Below are positions 1-8,649 of a stretch of 24,132 nucleotides of DNA, piece by piece (the stretch's first letter is position 1; the number at the start of each line of letters is the position of its first letter). A model generated the notes under the pieces. It made no database searches, had not been told where the DNA came from, and saw only the letters and a program-made list of their open reading frames with translations. The position numbers were made by a program, and so were the translations under genes. Source of the DNA: a virus. Lineage: Duplodnaviria; Caudoviricetes. The stretch is from the IMG/VR virus record IMGVR_UViG_3300027533_000088, positions 1 to 24,132 of that record. One strand, 5' to 3'.

Positions 1-23
1 GGTCTTTATTCCGCCATCCAAAA

Positions 24-1838
24 GTGGCCAAAACCTTAGCAAAAACGCATGGCCGCCCGCGACTCGCCGACGCGGAGAAGTTGCGGCGCGGCACGGCGCG
101 GAAATGTCGCCTCACGAAATCCCCCGCGACCCGATCACGATCCCCGGCGCACGCCACGAAATCCCGGACGGCACCGACGAACTTTCCGGCGATGGCCGAT
201 GCGTATACCGGTGGGGTGCTCGACGGGACGATCATCGCGTGCAAGTGGACGCAGCTCGCGTGCCGGCGGTTCGTGCGCATGCGGCAGTCGGGCACGTGCA
301 CCTGGGCGCCCGCGGAGGTGCAGCGGGTGTGCACGTTCGTCGAACGGTTGCCGCATGTGGAGGGCCGCTGGGCGACGCCGACGATCACGCTGGCGCCGTG
401 GCAAGTGTTCATCCTGGCCGCGGTCTATGGGTTCCGGCGGGACGACGGGACACGGCTGGTGACGACGGTGTTTTTTCAAGTCGCGCGCAAGAGTGCGAAA
501 TCGACCCTTGTCGCGGCGTGTGCCCTATACCACTTGGTCGAGGAGCGCGAGCCGGGCGGGCAAGTCGTGTGCGGCGCCAACACCGGATCGCAAGCGCGGA
601 TTGTGTTCTCGATTATGCAGCGCATGATCCGGCGCGCGGGGTGGCTACGGCAGCGCGGGCTGCAAGTGTTCGCGAATGCCATCACCTACGATCCGACGCA
701 GGGCAACGCCAAACCCATCAACGCCAAGTCGTCGACGCAAGACGGGCTGAACCCGTCATTCATCTCGCTCGACGAATCGCACGCGCAAGATTTCACCTTG
801 CATGACGTGCTGAAGTCGGCGCAGGGATCGCGGGTGTCGCCGATGTTGATGGCGCCGACGACCGCGGGGTACTCGCTCACGTCGGTCGGGTATGCGTTGC
901 GGGCGACGGCGCAGAAGGTGCTCGAGGGCGTGATCGAGGCCGATCACCTGTTCTGCGTGCTGTACGAGTTGGACGAGGGCGACGACTGGAAAGACGACGC
1001 GGTGTGGGTGAAAAGCGCGCCCATGATTGGCGTGACGCCGACACTGGACTATGTGCGCCGGTATCGCGACGATGCGATCGCGACGCCGGGCATGCAAGGC
1101 GAGTTCGAGGTGAAGATCGCGAACCGCTGGCTGCATTCGGCGACGACCTGGCTGCCGATCGCGCAGTGGCAGCGGTGCGCGGACCCGACGCTGACGCTCG
1201 AGGCGTTCGAGCATGAGCCCTGCTGGATTGGCGTCGACCTCGCCGAACGCGACGACATTGCGGCCGTGGCGCTGGTGTTCAAGCGGGATGGGCTGGTCTA
1301 TGTGTTCGTGCGCGGGTATCTGCCGGCGCTGGTCGTGCGCGAGCGGGCCCAGGCGGTGCCGGCGTATCGGCAATGGGTCGCGGATGGTGAGTTGATCGTC
1401 ACGGACGGCAATATGACCGATTACCCAACCATCGAGGCCGACCTGCGCGCGGACTGCCTGCGGTTCGACGTGAAGGACATCGTGATCGAGCGGTTCGGGG
1501 CGCTGAACCTGGCGGCGAACCTGACGACGAGCGGCCTGCCGGCGTACATCGAAAACAAAAACGCCAAGGTCTTTACGGCGCCCGCGAAAGACTTCGAGAT
1601 CCGCGTCAAGAACCAGCAGATCCGGCACACGGGGAAAAGCTTTCTCACCTGGCAAGTCTCGAACTGTTGCGCGGAGCGGCGCCGCGACGGGTCGCTGCTG
1701 CCGACGAAAGAGGCGCATCACAGCCCGAACAAAATCGACGCGGTCGACGCCATTCTCCTGGCGCTGTCGCGGCTACTGGTGACGAGCACGGCGCCGGCCC
1801 CGCACTACGGGATTTTCGTTTATGGAGGCGCGCCATGA
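24..1838 (+). CDS. terL: Terminase large subunit (HK97-like) with basic N-terminal extension
   Basis: LAPWQ adenine-binding motif, Walker A-like VARKSAKST, Walker B FISLDE, TTAG motif, nuclease motifs GVDLA..DD and KIDAVDA. GTG start; the true start is uncertain. Confidence 0.95.
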   Translation: MAKTLAKTHGRPRLADAEKLRRGTARKCRLTKSPATRSRSPAHATKSRTAPTNFPAMADAYTGGVLDGTIIACKWTQLACRRFVRMRQSGTCTWAPAEVQRVCTFVERLPHVEGRWATPTITLAPWQVFILAAVYGFRRDDGTRLVTTVFFQVARKSAKSTLVAACALYHLVEEREPGGQVVCGANTGSQARIVFSIMQRMIRRAGWLRQRGLQVFANAITYDPTQGNAKPINAKSSTQDGLNPSFISLDESHAQDFTLHDVLKSAQGSRVSPMLMAPTTAGYSLTSVGYALRATAQKVLEGVIEADHLFCVLYELDEGDDWKDDAVWVKSAPMIGVTPTLDYVRRYRDDAIATPGMQGEFEVKIANRWLHSATTWLPIAQWQRCADPTLTLEAFEHEPCWIGVDLAERDDIAAVALVFKRDGLVYVFVRGYLPALVVRERAQAVPAYRQWVADGELIVTDGNMTDYPTIEADLRADCLRFDVKDIVIERFGALNLAANLTTSGLPAYIENKNAKVFTAPAKDFEIRVKNQQIRHTGKSFLTWQVSNCCAERRRDGSLLPTKEAHHSPNKIDAVDAILLALSRLLVTSTAPAPHYGIFVYGGAP

Positions 1839-2014
1839 AACGCCGCCCGTCGGTCGAGACGCTGTCGGTCTCTGTCACCGTGCGCCTCCCCGTGAAGCAT
1901 TACGACGCCTTGTATCAGCAGGCCGTCGCGGCCCGGTGTTCGATGGCCGAACATCTCCGGCGGCTGTTGACCCGCCGGCCGCCGAATGATTCCAAAGCTT
2001 TGCGCCCGGACTGA
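1835..2014 (+). CDS. Small ribbon-helix-helix-like DNA-binding protein
   Basis: ATGA overlap with the terL stop; VSVTVRLP beta-strand pattern followed by two helices (HYDALYQQA, SMAEHLRRLL). Confidence 0.65.
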   Translation: MKRRPSVETLSVSVTVRLPVKHYDALYQQAVAARCSMAEHLRRLLTRRPPNDSKALRPD

Positions 2015-2036
2015 GCGCCCCTAGACTGCCGGGCCA

Positions 2037-3920
2037 ATGCTCACCCGGGCCTGGGCGACCCTCGACATCAAGGCGTACGACCTCGACACGCGCGAGATCG
2101 AAGGCATCGCGACGACGCCGAAAGCCGACCGGCGCGGCGACGTGATCGAGTCGGCCGGCGCGGAGTTTTCCGTGCCAATGCCGTTGCTCTGGCAGCATGA
2201 CCCGAACACGCCCGTCGGCGAAGTCTATGAGGCGCGGGTCGAGCCCGCTGGTATTCGCATCAAGGCGCGGTTTACCAAGGTCGACGAACCCGGCCGGCTG
2301 CGCGACACGCTCGACCATGCCTGGCAATCGGTCAAGGCGAAGCTGGTGCGCGGCCTCTCGATCGGGTTCAAGCCGCTCGAGATGGTGCCGCTCAAGAAAA
2401 GCGACCCCTACGGCCCGATGCACGTCACGCGGTGGTTGTGGGCGGAACTCTCGGCCGTGACGATTCCGATGAACGTCGAAGCTACGATCCTGAACATCAA
2501 ATCGGCCGCGCTCGGCCATCCCTTGCCCGGCGTTTCGGGCGCACGTCCTGAACCGAGACCCATGCAGACCTATACCGAACAAATCACCGCGCTTGAGACC
2601 AGTCGTGCGGCCTCGCTGGCGACGATGTCCGACCTGATGACGAACGCCGCCGCGACCGGCGTCACGCTCGACCCCGGCCAGTCGGAGACCTACGACGCGC
2701 AGGCGTTGCGGGTGAAGTCGATCGACGCCGACTTGGCGCGCGTGCGCGAGTTGGAAAGTTTCAACGTGCAGCGGGCGATCCCGGTGCCGGCGGCGCCGTC
2801 GCCGCGCCCGGCCGTCGTCCAGGTGCGCGCCAACGTGCCGAAGGGCACGGCGTTCGTGCGCGCGGCCTGCGCCAAGCTGATGTGCAACGGGAATATCTAC
2901 GAGGCGATCCAGTACGCGCAGCGGTGGAACGATTCGACGCCGGAAGTGGCGCTGTATCTGAAAGCCGCGGTCGCGCCCGGGACCACGACCGATGCGACGT
3001 GGGCGGCGCCGCTGGTGAATCAGAATATCGCCGCCGATTTCCTCGAGCTGCTGCGCCCGGCGACCATCGTGGGCCGGATTCCCGGCTTGCGCGACGTGCC
3101 GTTCAATACGAAAGTGCCCTCGCAGACGGCTGGTGGTACGTATTCCTGGGTTGGAGAGCAAAAGCCGAAACCGGTCAGCAAGTTAAGTTTCTCCAGCGAG
3201 ACCGTCGGGGTCAACAAGGTCGCCGGGATCATCGTGCTCACCGAGGAACTCGTCCGCCTCAGTAATCCGAAGGCGGAGGATCTCGTACGGCGCGACATGA
3301 TCGCGGGCATCGCGCAGTTCATCGATCAGCAGTTCATCGATCCAGCGGTGGCCGCGGTCGCGACCGTGAACCCGGCCAGCATCACGAACGGGGCGCCGAC
3401 GGCGGCGGCGACCGCGAACCCGATCGCCGACATCATGGGGCTCGTGAATCATTTCGCCACCAACAACATCGCGGTCGACGGGCTCACGTTCATCCTGTCG
3501 CCCGCGAATGCGTTGGCCTTGTCGTTCCGCACAAATCTCGACGGCTCGCCGGAGTTCCCCGGCGTCGGGATCGGCGGCGGCAGCTATCGCGGGATGACGT
3601 TCATCACCAGCAATGCGGCCTCGACCAACGTGGTGGCGCTGCAGCCGGCGCTGGTGTTGTTCGCGGACGAAGGCGGCGTGACGATCGACGCGTCGCGCGA
3701 GGCCTCGCTGCAGATGGACTCCGCGCCGATGTCGCCGGCCGATGCGACCACGGTGCTCGTGTCGCTCTGGCAGAACAACTGCGTCGGCCTGCGCGCGGAG
3801 CGGTTCATCAGTTGGAAGCGCGTCGGGACGAACTCGGTCAAGTACCTGACCGCGGCGAATTGGCCGGCGCCGACCGGCGGCCTCCTGGCCGCGGATGCCC
3901 CGACCCGCAGCAAGGGCTGA
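2037..3920 (+). CDS. Prohead protease fused to HK97-fold major capsid protein
   Basis: N-terminal protease motifs LLWQHD, GLSIGF, WAELSAVTIP; coiled-coil delta-like region from about nt 2562; capsid motifs WVGE.KPKP, KVAGIIVLTEEL, SLWQNN..GLRAER. Confidence 0.93.
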   Translation: MLTRAWATLDIKAYDLDTREIEGIATTPKADRRGDVIESAGAEFSVPMPLLWQHDPNTPVGEVYEARVEPAGIRIKARFTKVDEPGRLRDTLDHAWQSVKAKLVRGLSIGFKPLEMVPLKKSDPYGPMHVTRWLWAELSAVTIPMNVEATILNIKSAALGHPLPGVSGARPEPRPMQTYTEQITALETSRAASLATMSDLMTNAAATGVTLDPGQSETYDAQALRVKSIDADLARVRELESFNVQRAIPVPAAPSPRPAVVQVRANVPKGTAFVRAACAKLMCNGNIYEAIQYAQRWNDSTPEVALYLKAAVAPGTTTDATWAAPLVNQNIAADFLELLRPATIVGRIPGLRDVPFNTKVPSQTAGGTYSWVGEQKPKPVSKLSFSSETVGVNKVAGIIVLTEELVRLSNPKAEDLVRRDMIAGIAQFIDQQFIDPAVAAVATVNPASITNGAPTAAATANPIADIMGLVNHFATNNIAVDGLTFILSPANALALSFRTNLDGSPEFPGVGIGGGSYRGMTFITSNAASTNVVALQPALVLFADEGGVTIDASREASLQMDSAPMSPADATTVLVSLWQNNCVGLRAERFISWKRVGTNSVKYLTAANWPAPTGGLLAADAPTRSKG

Positions 3921-3924
3921 CGCG

Positions 3925-5307
3925 ATGCGGCTGTTCGGCCTCGAGATCACCCGGGCGCGGTCGGTGACCGTGCCCGGGGCCCCGGTGCCCGGGACGGGCG
4001 GCTGGTTGTCCGTCGTCCGCGAACCGTTCACGGGCGCCTGGCAGCAGAACATGGAAACCAGCGCCCCGTCGGTGCTGGCGTATTCCGCCGTCTATGCGTG
4101 CACGACACTGATCGCCCAGGACATCGGCAAGATGCGCTTGCGCCTCGTCGAGCAGGACGCCGCGGGGATCTGGTCGGAGATCGACAGCGCGGCCTTTTCC
4201 CCCGTGCTCGCGAAGCCGAACCGTTACCAGACGATCAATAAATTTCTCGAACAGTGGATGGTCTCGAAGCTCACCTGGGGCAACACGTACGTGCTGAAAG
4301 AGCGCGATGCCCGCGGCGTGGTGGTCGCGCTCTATGTGCTCGACCCGCAGAAAGTCAAGCCGCTCGTCACGCCCGACGGCGCCGTCTACTACGAACTCAC
4401 GACCAATCCGCTCGCCGGGCTCGAGGGTACCGTCACGGTCCCGGCGGCGGAAATCATTCACGATTTGATGGTGCCCTTGTTTCATCCGCTGGTGGGGGTC
4501 ACGCCGATCTATGCGTGCGGGCTGGTGGCGCTGCAGGGCTTGAAGATCACCGAAAACTCCACGAACTTTTTCGCGAACGGCTCGAGCCCGGGCGGCGTGT
4601 TGCTGGTGCCGGGCCAGATCAACAAGCCGCAGGCGGACGAAGTCGCGGCCGAGTGGGCCGCAAAATATACCGGGATGAATGCGGGCAAGGTGGCGGTGCT
4701 GCCGAACGGCATCACGTACGAGGCGCTGAGTGTCAACGCGACGGATGCGCAGTTGATCGAACAATTGAAATGGACCGTGGAGCAGGTCTGTAGCTGTTTC
4801 CACGTTCCGGCCGCGCTGATCGATTCGAGCCACCAGCCGCCGTACGCGAACTCTGACCCGCTGATTCAGATGTACTACTCGCAGTGCTTGCAATGCCTGA
4901 TCGTGGCGCTCGAGCTGGCGCTGGATCATGGGCTCGGTCTGGTCGACGTGCCGGGCAAGACCTACGGCACCGAGTTCGACATCAACGATTTGCTCTGGAT
5001 GGACACCGCGACCAAGACGAAAGCGGCGACCGATGCGATCATCGGCGGGCTGCTCTCGCCGAACGAATCGCGGGCGACCTACTTTGGCGTCGGCCCGGTC
5101 GAGGGCGGCGACACGCCATACCTTCAACAGCAGCAATTCTCGCTAGCGGCGCTCGCCGCCCGGGACGCCAACGACCCCTTCGCCAAGCCGCCCAGCGCCC
5201 CGCCAGCGGCGTCGGCGACGCCGGAGGAGGACGACATCGACCTGGCGTCGTTCGCGGCCCTGCTGACCGCCAAGGCGGCCCAGGAGGGGTGGCTACACGA
5301 TGCCTAA
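3925..5307 (+). CDS. Portal protein (HK97 family)
   Basis: AVYACTTLIAQDIGKM, KPNRYQT, WGNTY, FFANGSSPGGVL, DAQLIEQ, LSPNESR, GPVEGGD motifs; ATG 4 nt after the capsid stop. Confidence 0.95.
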   Translation: MRLFGLEITRARSVTVPGAPVPGTGGWLSVVREPFTGAWQQNMETSAPSVLAYSAVYACTTLIAQDIGKMRLRLVEQDAAGIWSEIDSAAFSPVLAKPNRYQTINKFLEQWMVSKLTWGNTYVLKERDARGVVVALYVLDPQKVKPLVTPDGAVYYELTTNPLAGLEGTVTVPAAEIIHDLMVPLFHPLVGVTPIYACGLVALQGLKITENSTNFFANGSSPGGVLLVPGQINKPQADEVAAEWAAKYTGMNAGKVAVLPNGITYEALSVNATDAQLIEQLKWTVEQVCSCFHVPAALIDSSHQPPYANSDPLIQMYYSQCLQCLIVALELALDHGLGLVDVPGKTYGTEFDINDLLWMDTATKTKAATDAIIGGLLSPNESRATYFGVGPVEGGDTPYLQQQQFSLAALAARDANDPFAKPPSAPPAASATPEEDDIDLASFAALLTAKAAQEGWLHDA

Positions 5308-5812
5308 GCTCGAAGACTTCGCGGAGGTCGTGCGCCTGACGATCAAGGCGGCGCTGGCACCGGCCGAGGGGCGGATCGCGTCGCTGGACCGGGCGCTGAC
5401 CGAGGCGCGGGCGGATCTGTCCCTGGTCCGCGAGCGCCTCGCCATCGCCGAGGCGCGCGACCCGATGCCCGGCCCGGCCGGTCCCGCCGGGAAAGACGGC
5501 GAGGCGTTCACGGCGGGCGACCTCGAGTGTGTGCAGGCGCCGGACGACCCGCGGCTGGTGACGCTGCAATTCCGCAAGGGCGACGTGATCACGCCGGCCG
5601 GGCAGCTCCAGTTCCGGGTGCCGGTGTTTTGCGGGGTGCACCAGGCGGGCGCCTCGTACGAACCCGGCGACCTGGTCACGCTGCAGGGCTCGATCTGGCA
5701 CTGTAACGCCGCGACCCGCGAACGGCCTGGCACCGGGGCCGCGGCATGGACGCTGGCGGTTAAGTGTGGGCGTGACGGGAAGGATGCGTCGCTGCTGGTG
5801 GGGCCGCGCTGA
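5300..5812 (+). CDS. Head-associated protein with short collagen-like GPAGPAGKDG segment
   Basis: Coiled-coil N-terminus, Gly-X-Y repeat, YEPGDLVT..GSIWHC and WTLAVKCGRDGKD motifs; overlaps the portal end. Confidence 0.7.
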   Translation: MPKLEDFAEVVRLTIKAALAPAEGRIASLDRALTEARADLSLVRERLAIAEARDPMPGPAGPAGKDGEAFTAGDLECVQAPDDPRLVTLQFRKGDVITPAGQLQFRVPVFCGVHQAGASYEPGDLVTLQGSIWHCNAATRERPGTGAAAWTLAVKCGRDGKDASLLVGPR

Positions 5813-6159
5813 TGGCGACGCTGGTCACGCTCCAACAGGTCAAGGATTTCCTCCGGCTGGGCACGGCGGCCGGGCATCCCGACGATGCCGCGCTGCAGAT
5901 GGCGGCCGACGCCGCCGAGTACGTGATTCTCGAATACCTGAGCCCGACGGTCGCGGATGCGGCGATCGTGGCGGCGTGGGATGAGACTACGGCGCCGGCC
6001 ATCGTGCCGCAGATGGTGCTGTACCAAACCGGCGAGTACTGGCGCTTCCGGGGCGACGACCTCGAAGGCGGTGGGCCGCGCCGCGACCTCGAGCGTGGGG
6101 ATTTGCATCCGCTCGTCGTGGGTGCCTTGCGGCGCCTGCGGACCCCGGTGATCGCATGA
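5812..6159 (+). CDS. Head-tail connector (HK97 gp6-like)
   Basis: LVTLQQVKDFLRL...DDAAL N-terminus, size and position. Confidence 0.85.
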   Translation: MATLVTLQQVKDFLRLGTAAGHPDDAALQMAADAAEYVILEYLSPTVADAAIVAAWDETTAPAIVPQMVLYQTGEYWRFRGDDLEGGGPRRDLERGDLHPLVVGALRRLRTPVIA

Positions 6160-6509
6160 TCCCGACTGGCTCACGGACCAAAGTCGTCACGCTCGAGAAC
6201 CCCGCCGGCCCGGTGTCCGACGGCGCAGGCGGGTTCACGCTGACCTGGGCGCCGCTCGATCCGGCGTGGGCGTGGGTGGCGCTCGACGCGCTCGCCAGTG
6301 CCGACATGGAACGGCAGACCGCTGACACGATCACGGCCGGCGGCACGCACGCCGTCACGCTGCCGTATCACCCGGGGATCACGGTCAAGACCCGGCTCAC
6401 CTACACCGACCCCGACCGCGGGGCGCGGGTGTTCCAGGTGGTCGGGCTGCGCGACCCGAACGAGGCGCGCCGGGAACTGGTGCTGGTGGTCGCGGAGGCG
6501 TTGCCGTGA
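6156..6509 (+). CDS. Head closure / head-tail joining protein
   Basis: DGAGG..W, THAVTLPYHPGITVKTRL, RVFQVVGLRDP motifs; position. Confidence 0.85.
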   Translation: MIPTGSRTKVVTLENPAGPVSDGAGGFTLTWAPLDPAWAWVALDALASADMERQTADTITAGGTHAVTLPYHPGITVKTRLTYTDPDRGARVFQVVGLRDPNEARRELVLVVAEALP

Positions 6510-6928
6510 TCAAGTTCACGCTCGGCGGCGTGGCCGTGACGCAGTCGAAGTTCAAGCAGTTACCGTCGTTCCTGGCCGCGCAGACGCAGGCGGCCCTGCT
6601 GGCGCTCGGGACCACGGTCGCGGCCGACATTGCCGGGGCGTATGCGGCGCTCGGCGGCAGCGGGCAGCTCGCCGCCGGCATGGTGGTCCGGTCGACGCCC
6701 ACCAAAACCAAAGCGCGCGTCGTCATCGCGAATCGGGTGCGTTGGTCAGCGGGCTATGAGTTCGGCACGAAGCGCCGGCAGACCAAGAAGCGCGCGAACC
6801 GTGGCGCGATCCCGCACAGCCCGACGGGGCGGATCTTCGTCCCGCGCGTCATGAAAGCCCGCGAGACGATCATCCCAAGAGTGGCCGCCATCATGCGCGC
6901 GGAAGGGCTCACGGTGACCGGTGGCTGA
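6506..6928 (+). CDS. Tail completion protein (HK97 gp10-like)
   Basis: SGQL, YEFGT, FVP motifs; basic protein; position. Confidence 0.75.
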   Translation: MIKFTLGGVAVTQSKFKQLPSFLAAQTQAALLALGTTVAADIAGAYAALGGSGQLAAGMVVRSTPTKTKARVVIANRVRWSAGYEFGTKRRQTKKRANRGAIPHSPTGRIFVPRVMKARETIIPRVAAIMRAEGLTVTGG

Positions 6929-7361
6929 TTCCAGCGCGGTCGATACGGCGGTGATCACGCACCTGGCCGGCGATGCGACCCTCGCGAGCCTGCTGCCGGG
7001 CGGCGTGCATTTCGGCCTGGCGCCGCAGGGCAAGACCGCGTTTGCGCTGGTGACGCTCGACGAGAGTGCGGATGTGTCCGTGTTCAGTGAGACCCCGGCG
7101 CAGCGCCGCGCGATCGAAGTCGTAACGTATGCGGTGCAGGCGGTGGTCTTGACGAGTGCGATGGCGCCGGCCACCGATGCGGCGGCGCGGATTGATGCGC
7201 TGCTCGAGGATCAGCCGCTCACCGTGCCGGGCTATGGGTGGCTGTCCACGGTGCGCGTCGAGCGCATCCGCGATCCCGGCGAACTCGATCCCTCTGACAA
7301 GTCGATCCGATGGCAGCATCACGGCGGGCGCTATCGGGTGCAAGTCGCGCCGAGTGTCTAA
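6921..7361 (+). CDS. Tail terminator-like protein
   Basis: AVITHLAGDATLASLL.GGVH N-terminus; lies immediately before the tail tube gene. Confidence 0.75.
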   Translation: MADSSAVDTAVITHLAGDATLASLLPGGVHFGLAPQGKTAFALVTLDESADVSVFSETPAQRRAIEVVTYAVQAVVLTSAMAPATDAAARIDALLEDQPLTVPGYGWLSTVRVERIRDPGELDPSDKSIRWQHHGGRYRVQVAPSV

Positions 7362-7376
7362 GGAAGGACACACATC

Positions 7377-7841
7377 ATGATTCGTGCAGGACGTGACGGA
7401 TTGGTGAAATGGGATCCCACGGGGGGCGCGACCGGGACCGCCCTGGTCTCGATCAAGTCGTGGACCCTCAGTCTCGCGACGGAAAAAATCAACGTGACGT
7501 GTTTCCAAGACACGAACCGCGTCTACATTCCCGGGATGCGCGACATCAGCGGCACGCTGACGGGCTTCTGGAACAGTGACGATATGTCGCTGATCGAAGC
7601 CACGGCGCTGACCTCGCCGGGCACGCTCGACTTGATTCCTCACAGCAACGACCCCAGCGCGGCGACCCCGCACAAGTTCAGCGGCCTGGCCTACATGGAC
7701 GCCGAACTCGATACCGACGTGGAAGGGGCGCCGGCCCTGTCGGGCACGTTCATGGCGGCCGGGCCGTGGACGCTGCCGGCGGCGGCGATGGCCCGGCTCG
7801 AGACGCTCCAGGCCGACCGCGACCGCGAGCGCGCCGCGTAA
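7377..7841 (+). CDS. Major tail (tube) protein
   Basis: IKSWTLS..TEKINVTCFQDTNRVYIPGMRDISGTLTGFW pattern; AAGGAAGGA ribosome site upstream. Confidence 0.85.
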   Translation: MIRAGRDGLVKWDPTGGATGTALVSIKSWTLSLATEKINVTCFQDTNRVYIPGMRDISGTLTGFWNSDDMSLIEATALTSPGTLDLIPHSNDPSAATPHKFSGLAYMDAELDTDVEGAPALSGTFMAAGPWTLPAAAMARLETLQADRDRERAA

Positions 7842-7850
7842 CGGGCACCC

Positions 7851-8150
7851 GTGCCGGGGCTGTTCAACTCCGTCACGTTTGGCGGGCAGCGCGGCGCGAT
7901 TGTCTGGGGCGCAGGCGAGGCGGCGGTACTCGGTCGCTGGTCGGTGAGCCGGGATGAGCATTTCCATTGGACGCTGTCGGCTCGCGTGACGCGGGTCGAT
8001 AGCCTCCGGATTCGGCAGCTCCCGCTGATCTTCCAGGCGCCGCGTCTCGCCAAGCCCGCCGGGCTCTGGTGCTTTCCCTTGCTCCCGAAAACGCTGCAGG
8101 TCAATGGCGAGTCGCTGACTGCGAGTCTCGGCCCGCCGGAAGGTCGTTGA
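7851..8150 (+). CDS. Hypothetical tail protein, possibly tail-tube fold
   Basis: Fills the gap between tail tube and chaperone genes; beta-rich; N-terminus weakly resembles the tube protein. Confidence 0.6.
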   Translation: MPGLFNSVTFGGQRGAIVWGAGEAAVLGRWSVSRDEHFHWTLSARVTRVDSLRIRQLPLIFQAPRLAKPAGLWCFPLLPKTLQVNGESLTASLGPPEGR

Positions 8151-8151
8151 A

Positions 8152-8574
8152 ATGTCGGACATCGTCGTCCCGCGCGAACTCACGTTGCCGCTGACGAACG
8201 GGCGCAGCCTGACCGTCTGGGCCGAACTCAACCACGGCCAGTACATCGCGATGTTGAGCAGGATGTACACCGAGTCGAAGGGCGGCGAACTCAAGCGCGA
8301 CGTGCTCAAGACGACGGACGCCACGGTGATCGCCTATCTGATCGACTGGACGCTGACCGACCCATCGGGCGCGCGGATTCCCGTGCGCGGCTTGCCGCCC
8401 GACGACGTGCAGGATGCGCTGAACAACTTGCGCCAGGCCACGGCGCGCGAGGTCAAGCAGGCGATCGAAGCGCATCATGCGACCGTCGAGGCCGCGGGCG
8501 AGGCGCTAAAAAAAACGGACTCTACCGACGCCTCGTCAGAAACACCCTTGCCGTCTGCCAGCGCAGCGGCCTGA
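8152..8574 (+). CDS. Tail assembly chaperone (lambda G-like)
   Basis: AYLIDWTLTD..G..IP motif; precedes the tape measure gene; contains a slippery A-run. Confidence 0.85.
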   Translation: MSDIVVPRELTLPLTNGRSLTVWAELNHGQYIAMLSRMYTESKGGELKRDVLKTTDATVIAYLIDWTLTDPSGARIPVRGLPPDDVQDALNNLRQATAREVKQAIEAHHATVEAAGEALKKTDSTDASSETPLPSASAAA

Positions 8575-8645
8575 GCTGGGACACCGTGCAGACCTTGCCC
8601 GAAGCCACCTACGCCATCCTGGCCGACGACGTGTCGAGGACATGA
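8508..8645 (+). other. Programmed -1 frameshift site (A8C) and G-T extension frame
   Basis: CTAAAAAAAACGG at 8506-8518; the -1 frame is open as NGLYRRLVRNTLAVCQRSGLSWDTVQTLPEATYAILADDVSRT to TGA 8643-8645, just before the tape measure start. Confidence 0.85.
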
Positions 8646-8649
8646 AGCC

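Noticed and set aside
480-506. Walker A variant AKST in TerL as a sign of inactivation
   Set aside because: AKS variants occur in this terminase family and the other motifs are intact.
756-8324. Long antisense ORFs (e.g. 1875-3161, 3838-5136, 6909-8324) and 16832-18136 on the plus strand
   Set aside because: Shadow frames of real genes in high-GC DNA; Arg/His-rich, no motifs.
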